Of a stretch of DNA of 64,000 nt, positions 1 to 8,528 are shown one piece after another. The notes under the pieces were generated by a model, which was given only the letters and a program-made list of their open reading frames with translations, was not told where the DNA came from and did no database searches. The translations under genes and the position numbers were made by a program. This stretch comes from Flavobacteriales bacterium UBA6049 (GTDB lineage Bacteria > Bacteroidota > Bacteroidia > Flavobacteriales_G > Salibacteraceae): positions 2,647-66,646 of the forward strand of contig DIYR01000215.1 in NCBI GenBank assembly GCA_002429085.1, in the 5' to 3' direction. Position 1 is the stretch's first letter; the number at the start of each line of letters is the position of its first letter.

Positions 1-1
1 C

Positions 2-118
2 TTAAGTGGTGCATGTAGTGGCTGTCCTTCATCTACGGCAACGCTTAAAGGCGGAATTCAAAACTTGTTTAATCGTTTTATGCCAGAAGTTCAGGATGTT
101 GTTGCAGAAGAAGTATAA
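2..118 (+). CDS. NifU/Nfu-type Fe-S cluster protein, C-terminal fragment (5' end lies outside the window)
   Basis: Frame 2 reads LSGACSGCPSSTATLKGGIQNLFNRFMPEVQDVVAEEV, followed by TAA at 116-118. The GACxGCPSS...TLKxGI tail is typical of NifU C-terminal domains. It is absent from the ORF track because it has no start codon in the window. Confidence 0.6.
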   Translation, partial: LSGACSGCPSSTATLKGGIQNLFNRFMPEVQDVVAEEV

Positions 119-536
119 TTCAATTCTAGTTTTAGTATTTGTTTTGTTCGGTTGTGCTCCGAAAGGAGAATGGTTAACTGAAGTTCAAACTACATTTCCA
201 GATGGATCAACAAAAACTGAGCACCATTACCTCGTTTCAACCAGTGACACCTTACAAGTTCAATTCCTAGAGTTTCACCCAAACGGTTCCCTTAAAATCA
301 AAGGCGAATTCGATACTAATGGAAATCGTCATGGACTGTGGGAAGCTTTCTATCCAGACAGTACAAAGTGGAGCAGTGGTTCTTATAATCATGGAATGGA
401 AGATGGCAAGAAAACCGTATGGTACGAGAATGGACAAAAGCGCTTTGAAGGATCATACAAAGAAGGTAAAGAAACTGGTGCTTGGAAGTTCTGGAATGAA
501 CAAGGGAAATTGATGCAAACTGTAAACAGAGATTAG
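96..536 (+). CDS. MORN/YwqK-like repeat lipoprotein
   Basis: ATG at 96 gives MLLQKKYNSILVLVFVLFGC, a signal peptide with a lipobox Cys. Repeated G-x-W-x-x-(F/W)Y-x-(N/D)G motifs follow (GLWEAFYPDS, KTVWYENGQ, GAWKFWNEQG). The longer track ORF starting at 6 overlaps the NifU tail. Confidence 0.6.
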   Translation: MLLQKKYNSILVLVFVLFGCAPKGEWLTEVQTTFPDGSTKTEHHYLVSTSDTLQVQFLEFHPNGSLKIKGEFDTNGNRHGLWEAFYPDSTKWSSGSYNHGMEDGKKTVWYENGQKRFEGSYKEGKETGAWKFWNEQGKLMQTVNRD

Positions 537-541
537 ATCTT

Positions 542-2719
542 TTGATTTCAAAACAAACCATAGACATTATTATGGGAGAAGCCCGCATCGAAGAAGTTGT
601 GGGCGACTTTGTGCATCTTAAAAAATCTGGATCGAGTTACAAAGCACTTAGTCCATTTAGCAGCGAGAAAACACCTTCATTCTATGTGTCTCCTGCTAAA
701 GGAATATTCAAAGATTTTAGTTCTGGAAAAGGCGGAAATTCGGTCACCTTCCTCATGGAGCACGAGCAAATGTCCTATCCAGAGGCATTGCGATATTTGG
801 CTAAAAAGTACAATATCACCATTGAAGAAGATGAAGTCACTCCAGAGCAAAAAGAAGAGCAAAACAAACGAGAGAGCTTATACATAGTTAATGAGTTTGC
901 CCAACAGTGGTTTGTTAAGCAGCTTCAAGAACAAGAAGGAAGAGCTGTTGGGCTAGCTTACTTTAAAGAACGTGGTTTCAATCAAGAAACAATTGAAACA
1001 TTCCACTTGGGTTATTCACCAGATAGTTGGGACTCTTTTACCAACGATGCTAAAGAGGCAGGTTATGCAGAAGAATATTTGATAGATACAGGCCTCATTA
1101 AACAAAGCGGTGAACGGAAATACGATGCATACCGAGGTCGTGTAATCTTTCCTATTCATAACCTTTCTGGAAGACCAATTGGCTTTGGTGCGCGTACACT
1201 AAAAACCGATAAGAAAATTCCTAAATACATCAACTCGCCCGAAAGTGAGGTTTACTTCAAGAGTAAGATTGTATATGGAATCTATCAGGCCAAAGGAGCC
1301 ATTGTAAAAGAAGACAACTGCTTGCTCGTTGAGGGGTATACTGATGTATTGGCACTTCACCAAGCTGGAATAAAACAAGTTGTTGCGTCTAGTGGTACTG
1401 CCTTGACCAAAGATCAGGTAAAATTGGTGAAACGATACACCAATAACATCACGATATTATACGATGGCGATCCAGCTGGAATAAAAGCCTCTTTTAGAGG
1501 GATTGACTTAGTTTTAGAAGAAGGGATGCACGTAAAAGTGGTGCTATTCCCTGAAGGCGAAGATCCAGATTCTTTCTCTAAAAAACTGCCTGCTGATGAG
1601 CTGAAAACCTATATCACAAAAAATGCAAAAGACTTTATTCGATTTAAGACTTCTGTTTTGATTGATGAAGTGGGTGATGATCCAATGAGACGATCAGATT
1701 TAATTCATGAAATCGTAAATAGTATTGCCCTCATTCCGGATCATATCGCTCGATCTATCTATACAAAAGAGTGTAGTAACCTGCTCGATATTTCTGAACG
1801 TGCCCTTATATCTGAATTGAATAAAGCACGTAAAAAGTTCATAGATGCAAAGCAGAAAGAACGTCAACGTGAACAAGAAAGATCAAAATCTGATGGTTCT
1901 AGCCCTAGTTTTGGTAATAGATTCACTTCACCTAACATATCTAATTCATCACCCGCATTAACTGCGCCTCCATCTTCATTAGCACCACCTCCAACCATAG
2001 ATGCTGGAATTCCGAATGCGCAATTACCTCCTTTAGCTCCGCCTCCACCAGGACTAGAAGGAACAGGAGTTTCTATGCCAACGGAAGCCCCTCCATTAAG
2101 TGCAGATCATGAAGAACTTGTTCCAGAAGAAATTCAAGAAGATATCCCATCTCTTCATGATGCTTCTTTTCAAGAACGTGATGTTATACGTATCATGTTA
2201 AACTACGGAAACGAAGAAATTGCTGTTCAAGTAGAACATGAAGATGAAAGTGAAGTCGCAGAGGAGGAAGTTGTAACCAATGTAGCCACATTAATTGCAC
2301 ATGATCTATTAAACGATAAGGTAGATTTTCAAAACCCACTCTTTGCTCAAATCTTCGATTTTTTTGTTGAGCGATTAGAAAATGATGAAGAAGTAGAGGC
2401 AAATGATCTTATTCAACATCATGATCCAGCCATTCAACAATTAGTAGCAGAACTACTTACTGAAAAGTACAAGTTAGATGACTGGGAACGAAAAGAAATT
2501 TACGTTACCACAGAACTTATGAAATTGAAGAAGGCTGTGCATGGTGCTCTCTTTGCCTTCAAAACCAAATACATCACCCGGTTAATTGATCAGAATCAAA
2601 GCGATGTAAAATCCGCTGCCTCTTTTGATGATGTAAGAACTCTACTCGAAGAGCAGAAAAAGCTACAAAAGCTAAAGACTCAAATTTCTAAATTGCAGGG
2701 CATAACGATTCTAAAGTAA
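542..2719 (+). CDS. dnaG: DNA primase DnaG (TTG start) with a Cys-less zinc-ribbon region and a Pro-rich insert
   Basis: Contains the EKTPSF primase motif, the TOPRIM segment VEGYTDVLALHQAG...LYDGDPAG, and a C-terminal helical domain. TTG at 542 gives MISKQTIDII. An alternative ATG is at 572. Confidence 0.9.
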   Translation: MISKQTIDIIMGEARIEEVVGDFVHLKKSGSSYKALSPFSSEKTPSFYVSPAKGIFKDFSSGKGGNSVTFLMEHEQMSYPEALRYLAKKYNITIEEDEVTPEQKEEQNKRESLYIVNEFAQQWFVKQLQEQEGRAVGLAYFKERGFNQETIETFHLGYSPDSWDSFTNDAKEAGYAEEYLIDTGLIKQSGERKYDAYRGRVIFPIHNLSGRPIGFGARTLKTDKKIPKYINSPESEVYFKSKIVYGIYQAKGAIVKEDNCLLVEGYTDVLALHQAGIKQVVASSGTALTKDQVKLVKRYTNNITILYDGDPAGIKASFRGIDLVLEEGMHVKVVLFPEGEDPDSFSKKLPADELKTYITKNAKDFIRFKTSVLIDEVGDDPMRRSDLIHEIVNSIALIPDHIARSIYTKECSNLLDISERALISELNKARKKFIDAKQKERQREQERSKSDGSSPSFGNRFTSPNISNSSPALTAPPSSLAPPPTIDAGIPNAQLPPLAPPPPGLEGTGVSMPTEAPPLSADHEELVPEEIQEDIPSLHDASFQERDVIRIMLNYGNEEIAVQVEHEDESEVAEEEVVTNVATLIAHDLLNDKVDFQNPLFAQIFDFFVERLENDEEVEANDLIQHHDPAIQQLVAELLTEKYKLDDWERKEIYVTTELMKLKKAVHGALFAFKTKYITRLIDQNQSDVKSAASFDDVRTLLEEQKKLQKLKTQISKLQGITILK

Positions 2720-2721
2720 AG

Positions 2722-3567
2722 ATGAACAGCCTCAAGACAATTCTAGAATTTCCTCTTATTGAAGTCAACGATTTTACGCTCACCCTCTACAACATCTTAT
2801 TAGTTATTGCCATTTTGGTAGGTACACGGTTTATTTCTTATGCTACAGGATTAATTATCAAAAAATCATTTGAAGCTCAAGACATTGACGATTTAGGCAA
2901 ACGCTACACGTTAACTAAAGTAGTAACCTATTTCTTGTATGTAATAGGAATCGTTTTAGCCCTTCAAGCTGTTGGTTTAAATGTAGGGTTACTTATCGCT
3001 TCATCGGCTGCTCTATTTGTTGGTTTAGGACTTGGATTGCAGTCCATCTTCCAAGATATCGTTTCGGGATTTATTCTCTTGTTTGAAGGAGTCATTAAAA
3101 AGGGCGATATCGTTGAAATAGACAAAACTGTTGGACAGGTAGAACAATTAGATATTCGCACTTCTAAAATTCGCAGCAGAGATGGAATTATGATTGTTGT
3201 TCCAAATTCAAAACTTACAAGCAACGATGTCATCAATTGGAGTCATAGCAATAAAATCACTCGATTTAAAATCACTGTTGGAGTAGCATACGGATCTGAT
3301 ACAACTCTTGTAAAGAACACATTAGAAGAATGTGCTAAAAACCATCCTGACGTGTTAACCAATTACCCTATTCACACAAGGTTTGAAGATTTTGGTGAAT
3401 CAGCCCTCATTTTTGAACTTTATTTCTGGGCTGAAAAAACATGGGAGATTGAGTTTATTAAAAGTGATATTCGTTTTTCAATTGATGCAGAATTTCGTAG
3501 AACAGGAATTCAAATTCCATTTCCTCAACGCGATTTGCACATTGTTTCGAATAAAACAACATTGTAA
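2722..3567 (+). CDS. MscS-family mechanosensitive ion channel
   Basis: Three N-terminal TM helices, then a conserved MscS beta-domain pattern (GDIVEIDKTVGQVEQLDIRTSKIRSRDGIMIVVPNSKL). Confidence 0.85.
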   Translation: MNSLKTILEFPLIEVNDFTLTLYNILLVIAILVGTRFISYATGLIIKKSFEAQDIDDLGKRYTLTKVVTYFLYVIGIVLALQAVGLNVGLLIASSAALFVGLGLGLQSIFQDIVSGFILLFEGVIKKGDIVEIDKTVGQVEQLDIRTSKIRSRDGIMIVVPNSKLTSNDVINWSHSNKITRFKITVGVAYGSDTTLVKNTLEECAKNHPDVLTNYPIHTRFEDFGESALIFELYFWAEKTWEIEFIKSDIRFSIDAEFRRTGIQIPFPQRDLHIVSNKTTL

Positions 3568-3569
3568 CC

Positions 3570-3592
3570 AACCCATCCACCTGATTTTCCGT
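3570..3592 (+). promoter_or_regulatory. Candidate ECF-type promoter (AAC-N17-CGT)
   Basis: AAC at 3570-3572 and CGT at 3590-3592 are separated by 17 nt, about 45 nt upstream of the sigma factor ATG. The motifs are short, so this could easily be chance. Confidence 0.2.
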
Positions 3593-3635
3593 ATATTCAG
3601 TATTAAGCTACACCTATTCGCCTAGGTGAAAGAAT

Positions 3636-4205
3636 ATGTTAATTGATCAAGATCTCATACAACGCTGCATAGCACAAGAACGTAGAGCTCAGCACGAACT
3701 CTACAAAAAGTGCTTTAGCATATTAATGGGGGTTTGTATTCGTTACGAAAAAAATCGAACGGATGCAGAGGCTTTATTGAATATGGGCTTCTTGAAAATT
3801 GTGACAAAACTCGATAAGTATCAAACCTCAATTCCATTTGAGGCATGGATACGCAGAATCATGATCAATACGATCATTGATGAATATCGAAAGAATAAAA
3901 AAGAACAGGAGACTTTAGAGTATACCGACTTTGAAGACTACCATTACAATCGGAGTATTGATTACAATGCTGCCGACAAATTATTTGATGCAGAAGAGCT
4001 GCAGATTATGATTAACGACCTTCCCGCAGTAAGTCAACGTGTATTCAATTTACATGTAATCGATGGATATAGTCACAAAGAAATTAGTGACATGCTAGAT
4101 ATCTCTGTCGGAACCTCCAAATGGCATGTTTCGAATGCACGAAAATTACTGAAAGAAAGAATTGAGCAAAGACTAAATGAAAACGCACATAGAGTAACCG
4201 CATGA
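3636..4205 (+). CDS. ECF (group 4) RNA polymerase sigma-70 family factor
   Basis: Region 2 (FEAWIRRIMINTIIDEYRK) and region 4 HTH (YSHKEISDMLDISVGTSKWHVSNARKLL), at the typical length of about 190 aa. Confidence 0.9.
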   Translation: MLIDQDLIQRCIAQERRAQHELYKKCFSILMGVCIRYEKNRTDAEALLNMGFLKIVTKLDKYQTSIPFEAWIRRIMINTIIDEYRKNKKEQETLEYTDFEDYHYNRSIDYNAADKLFDAEELQIMINDLPAVSQRVFNLHVIDGYSHKEISDMLDISVGTSKWHVSNARKLLKERIEQRLNENAHRVTA

Positions 4206-5665
4206 GCTCTAAAGACTTGGACGACTTATTTAAGGAGAACTTGGGCGGCAGAACATTTGAGCCTTCCTCCTCGGCATGGGAGAGCATGGAGAGCATGATA
4301 TCCGATCAACAACTTGATGGATTTGTGCAATCAAAGCTAGAAGGACAAGTATTCACCCCATCCAATAACGCGTGGAAACGAGTTGCCAAAGATCTTCCTG
4401 GCGGCAATCCATTCTGGAATAATACCAGACGAATGGCCGCTGCAATTACTACCGCTGTAGGTATAGCAGGAGCTGGAGCCATTTTGTGGCCATCAGAGCA
4501 ACCTCAATATACTGAACGAACTGTTCCTGTTGAAATGCCTCAACTTGAAGAAAACGAAATAGCATCACAACTATTCACCATCGAAACAAATGCATCTACT
4601 GATCGAAATTCTATTACCTCTAACGAAAATCAAGAGTTCAACGAAGTAAATACAGAAGGTCGTCCAGTACTTGCTTCTACCGAAACAGTAGAATCATCTA
4701 ACGTATTATCAACCCAAACAACAAACGCTTATAGCTCAACATATACTCAACAAAATTCCACTGAAGAATTAGCCGCTAGAGCTAATTCAACTACAGCACA
4801 AGAAATTACTAATACCTTAAGTAATTCTAAAGTACCTACCCAAATTGCAGAAGCATTGCAGAATTCTCAATCTACTCGCAACTACAGTGGTATGCGAGCG
4901 GATGAAGCCATTTTTGAGACAGAGAATATAGTGCCAACAGTGCTATTTCTACCGACTAAAAGTGGTTTATTGGCCATTAACGAAACTAATTTAGAAGACG
5001 TTCCTACGAATATCGTATACGTACAAGAAATACCAAAACGTAAAGGTGTAATCAAACACGCACTTGGTATTTTAGGTGGTGTAAATGTAGCTCAAGGCTA
5101 CGAAGGGGGAACCGCTTCTGGAAGTGCTAACGGAAATGTATTTGGGGGTCTTACCTACAACTATTTCTTCGCTCCAAAGTGGGTGCTTCACGCTGATTTA
5201 CTTTATCAGTCACGTAAAGGAGTTGAAACATCAAAAGTTCTATCCGCTAAGACTTACAACTTTGGTAGTTCAAGAGATGTGCTTACCATGCACAACAAAA
5301 CCATGAACTATTTAGAGTTACCCGTAAATATTGGATACCGTTTCGCACCTAATTGGCAAGTAACCACAGGTGTATCTATGGTTTATTTGCTTGGTTGTGA
5401 AAACGAGATGGTTCATGAACATTCGGGCACATTTGATTCTTGGTCAAGAACAACAGAAGAAACTTCTCGTCCTGACGGAATGCAGAAGTTTGACTTTGCA
5501 CTTAGTGCTGGTCTAGCTTATGAAATCATCCCTCAATTAGAGCTAGGAACCCGCTTAAACTATGGGTTGGTTGATGTTACAGATAATGACTACTTCCAAC
5601 ACAGTGCAAACGATAATAATATGCAGTGGAGATTCCACATTGCTTACCGTTTCTTAACTTTTTAA
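4202..5665 (+). CDS. Putative anti-sigma-like membrane protein fused to a C-terminal outer-membrane beta-barrel domain
   Basis: ATGA overlap with the sigma gene stop. One hydrophobic helix (AAAITTAVGIAGAGAILW), an S/T/N/Q-rich linker, and a C-terminal region of alternating-hydrophobic strands ending in RFLTF (aromatic terminus as in OMPs). Confidence 0.55.
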   Translation: MSSKDLDDLFKENLGGRTFEPSSSAWESMESMISDQQLDGFVQSKLEGQVFTPSNNAWKRVAKDLPGGNPFWNNTRRMAAAITTAVGIAGAGAILWPSEQPQYTERTVPVEMPQLEENEIASQLFTIETNASTDRNSITSNENQEFNEVNTEGRPVLASTETVESSNVLSTQTTNAYSSTYTQQNSTEELAARANSTTAQEITNTLSNSKVPTQIAEALQNSQSTRNYSGMRADEAIFETENIVPTVLFLPTKSGLLAINETNLEDVPTNIVYVQEIPKRKGVIKHALGILGGVNVAQGYEGGTASGSANGNVFGGLTYNYFFAPKWVLHADLLYQSRKGVETSKVLSAKTYNFGSSRDVLTMHNKTMNYLELPVNIGYRFAPNWQVTTGVSMVYLLGCENEMVHEHSGTFDSWSRTTEETSRPDGMQKFDFALSAGLAYEIIPQLELGTRLNYGLVDVTDNDYFQHSANDNNMQWRFHIAYRFLTF

Positions 5666-5668
5666 CAC

Positions 5669-6811
5669 ATGCCAAAGTGGTTGCTAAACATAGGGATTGC
5701 TTGTACCATCGTGATTGTAGGTTCATGTAAAAAATTAGATGAACCAGATTTACAGTCGAATGATGTACAGTTCTTTATAACTGGGCAACTTCAGAGTACT
5801 TTACTTACTATGGAAGCTGGTAATGACTCAGCTTATATGCATACAACTTATTCTCAAGATGATTTGAATGTTTATGAATTCAAGGGTACTTTGGGACATC
5901 AAGATTGTATGGGGCAAGCATCTTGCGAAGAAAGTATCTCATTGATTTTTAGAGATGGCCAAGTTAGCAGTGGTACAAGCACAAGCATTGATTCAACACT
6001 CTCTGTTGGCACTATGGTTTTCAGAGGCCCGATAGACTCTACTATCAATAGCTATACCGTTCAGTTTACTGATGCGTCATATGCCAAAAATGGATCCCTG
6101 AGCTATGCATGGGATTTTGGAGATGGGACAACAAGTACAGAAGCTAGTCCCCAACATACTTACCCGGCATCTATTTCTAGTCCTGTAAGTGCATGTTTAA
6201 CAGTTACTGATAATCAAACGGGAACAACAAGTACTATTTGTAACGATATCTATCTGCCAACAAACTGTAAAGCTGATTTTACTTACCTGTTTGATAGCAC
6301 TTCGTTAGATGAATTAAATGCAATTGAGCAAGGCACTGGTCCATATACATACTACTGGGACTTTGGAAATGGTTACTTGCCTTTAGGGGGACAAACACTC
6401 CCTGATTTTTCTTCATTCGATTCTATTGAAGTATGTGTAAAGATTGTTGACGCATTAGGATGTGAAGCTACCATGTGCAAATACATGATTGTATCTTCTC
6501 AATACATCAATTGTGCTGCTCAATTTAATTGGAGTACCCAAGAAAATTGGACATTGAATGTACTTGATCTAAATGAGGTTATCATACAATTTACTGACGC
6601 GAATGGTAAAGTATGGTCTAGCGATCGCTATCAACAAGACAATGCCGTATTTACCATTATCGATATTCATAATTTCGATGCAAATATGGTAGGACAACCC
6701 ACAAAGTCTATACAATTTGAAGGTAGATGCAAGCTTTTCGGCTCATCTGCAACTGATGTAATCACTTTCAATGAAATTAATGGTAAAATGGCTGTTGCTT
6801 ATCCGAACTAG
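5669..6811 (+). CDS. PKD-domain lipoprotein
   Basis: Signal peptide with lipobox (IVIVGSC). PKD signatures YAWDFGDGTTSTEASPQHTY and YYWDFGNG. Starts 3 nt after the preceding stop. Confidence 0.7.
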   Translation: MPKWLLNIGIACTIVIVGSCKKLDEPDLQSNDVQFFITGQLQSTLLTMEAGNDSAYMHTTYSQDDLNVYEFKGTLGHQDCMGQASCEESISLIFRDGQVSSGTSTSIDSTLSVGTMVFRGPIDSTINSYTVQFTDASYAKNGSLSYAWDFGDGTTSTEASPQHTYPASISSPVSACLTVTDNQTGTTSTICNDIYLPTNCKADFTYLFDSTSLDELNAIEQGTGPYTYYWDFGNGYLPLGGQTLPDFSSFDSIEVCVKIVDALGCEATMCKYMIVSSQYINCAAQFNWSTQENWTLNVLDLNEVIIQFTDANGKVWSSDRYQQDNAVFTIIDIHNFDANMVGQPTKSIQFEGRCKLFGSSATDVITFNEINGKMAVAYPN

Positions 6812-8519
6812 GCTGAATATCTTTTACTGCTAGTTGAATAGACACTTGACCATTCCATACATTTTCTTCTAGGGTATATACCACATCAACAGATTCTTTG
6901 CTTTGTAGCAATGGTAAGAGATCCGCCATACCAAAAGCAATTCCTCCATGCGTTATTCCGTTTTGTTCAAAATCAATCTTAAGATGAGTTTGGTCATTTC
7001 CTACAATACGGCTTCTCCCTGTGTCTCTTACATTTCTGCTTACAAAGTTTGGCTTCATATTCTTTGGACCAAATGGGGCCATTCGCTTTAATGTATTCAA
7101 GAAACGTCTGTTTATCTGATCAAATGATAATTCCTCATCAATTTCAATCATAGGGACTAACTGTTCAGAATGAATTCGTTTACTTACTGCAGCATCAAAA
7201 CGCCTTCTAAAGGCATCAATTTGATCAAGCTCAATTGTCATTCCAGCTGCATATTTGTGCCCCCCAAACTGAATCAAACAATCAGCACAGTCATTTAAGG
7301 CTTCGTACACATCAAAACCTCTTACACTTCGAGCCGACCCAGCTGCATAGTCTCCATTCCTTGTAAAGACAACTGTAGGTTTATAGAACTGTTCAATCAC
7401 TCTAGAAGCTACAATCCCAATCACGCCTTTGTGCCACTCTGGATCATACAAAACAGAACTTTTAGTATTTCCCTGTGGATCATGTAAAGGAACTTGAGCT
7501 AAAGCCTCTGCGGTAATCTGTTGATCTAAATCTCTCCGGTACTCGTTACTTTCTTGAATCAATTTGGCCATCACCTCTGCTTGTAGATCGTCTTCTTCAA
7601 TCAATAATTCTACAGCATTACTACCATGATCTATTCTACCAGCGGCATTAATCTTTGGCCCAATTCCAAAAACCAAATCACTCACAGAAAGTTCTTTATT
7701 TACCTTATCTCCAAGAATCTTCGCAATTCCAGGACGTGGAAAACTCGCTATTTGCTTCAATCCCTTATTAACCAATACTCTATTCTCACCGGTCAAAGGA
7801 ACTATATCACAAGCTGAGCTTATAGCTGCCAAATCAGTTAATTTATGCAGCTCGATCTCATCCATACCAATTCTATCGATTAAACCTTGTAACAACTTAA
7901 ACCCAATACCACAACCAGAAAGCTCTTTGAATGGGTAGTTGCAACTTGACTTTTTCGGATCTAAAATGGCATAAGCAGAAGGTAATTCTTCACCAGGTGT
8001 ATGGTGATCACAAATAATCACGTCAACATCATTCTCCTGTGCATAAGCTACCTTATCATTAGCCTTAATGCCGCAATCTAATGCCACCATTAGTTCAAAC
8101 CCTTCATCTATGGCATATTGCACACCCTCAAATGAAATTCCATACCCCTCTTTATAACGATCTGGAATATAGTACTCGAACTGTGCACCAATTCGCCTTA
8201 AGAAAATACACATTAACGCAACAGAGGTAGTTCCATCTACATCGTAATCACCATATATCAAGATCTGTTCATTACGCTGAATAGCTAAAGCTAGTCTTCC
8301 AACAGCTTTATCCATATCTTCCATCAGGAATGGATTATGCAATTGCTCTAAACTAGGATTAAAAAATTCCTTCGCTGTGGCAAAATCAGTAACCCCTCTT
8401 CTAGCAAGCATTCGTGCCAAATGTGGTTGTATCTGCATAGACGAGCCAAGTTCTCTAACTACAGAATTAGGAGGAATTGGCAGCATTTGCCAACGATATG
8501 AACGGGTGGTTTTACTCAT
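6777..8519 (-). CDS. recJ: Single-stranded-DNA-specific exonuclease RecJ
   Basis: DHH motifs (IYGDYDVDGTTS, DCG, ICDHH), DHHA1 motif (GGHKYAAG) and a C-terminal OB region. Confidence 0.9.
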   Translation of the reverse strand: MSKTTRSYRWQMLPIPPNSVVRELGSSMQIQPHLARMLARRGVTDFATAKEFFNPSLEQLHNPFLMEDMDKAVGRLALAIQRNEQILIYGDYDVDGTTSVALMCIFLRRIGAQFEYYIPDRYKEGYGISFEGVQYAIDEGFELMVALDCGIKANDKVAYAQENDVDVIICDHHTPGEELPSAYAILDPKKSSCNYPFKELSGCGIGFKLLQGLIDRIGMDEIELHKLTDLAAISSACDIVPLTGENRVLVNKGLKQIASFPRPGIAKILGDKVNKELSVSDLVFGIGPKINAAGRIDHGSNAVELLIEEDDLQAEVMAKLIQESNEYRRDLDQQITAEALAQVPLHDPQGNTKSSVLYDPEWHKGVIGIVASRVIEQFYKPTVVFTRNGDYAAGSARSVRGFDVYEALNDCADCLIQFGGHKYAAGMTIELDQIDAFRRRFDAAVSKRIHSEQLVPMIEIDEELSFDQINRRFLNTLKRMAPFGPKNMKPNFVSRNVRDTGRSRIVGNDQTHLKIDFEQNGITHGGIAFGMADLLPLLQSKESVDVVYTLEENVWNGQVSIQLAVKDIQPSSDKQQPFYH

Positions 8520-8528
8520 ATTTGCGTC

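Noticed and set aside
6-95. N-terminal extensions offered by the ORF track (6-95, 20914-20988, 26897-26959, 31303-31350 and 41636-41701)
   Set aside because: Each extension overlaps the end of the neighbouring gene or a promoter box. Each precedes an internal Met that yields a proper signal peptide or a conserved N-terminus. I used the shorter forms.
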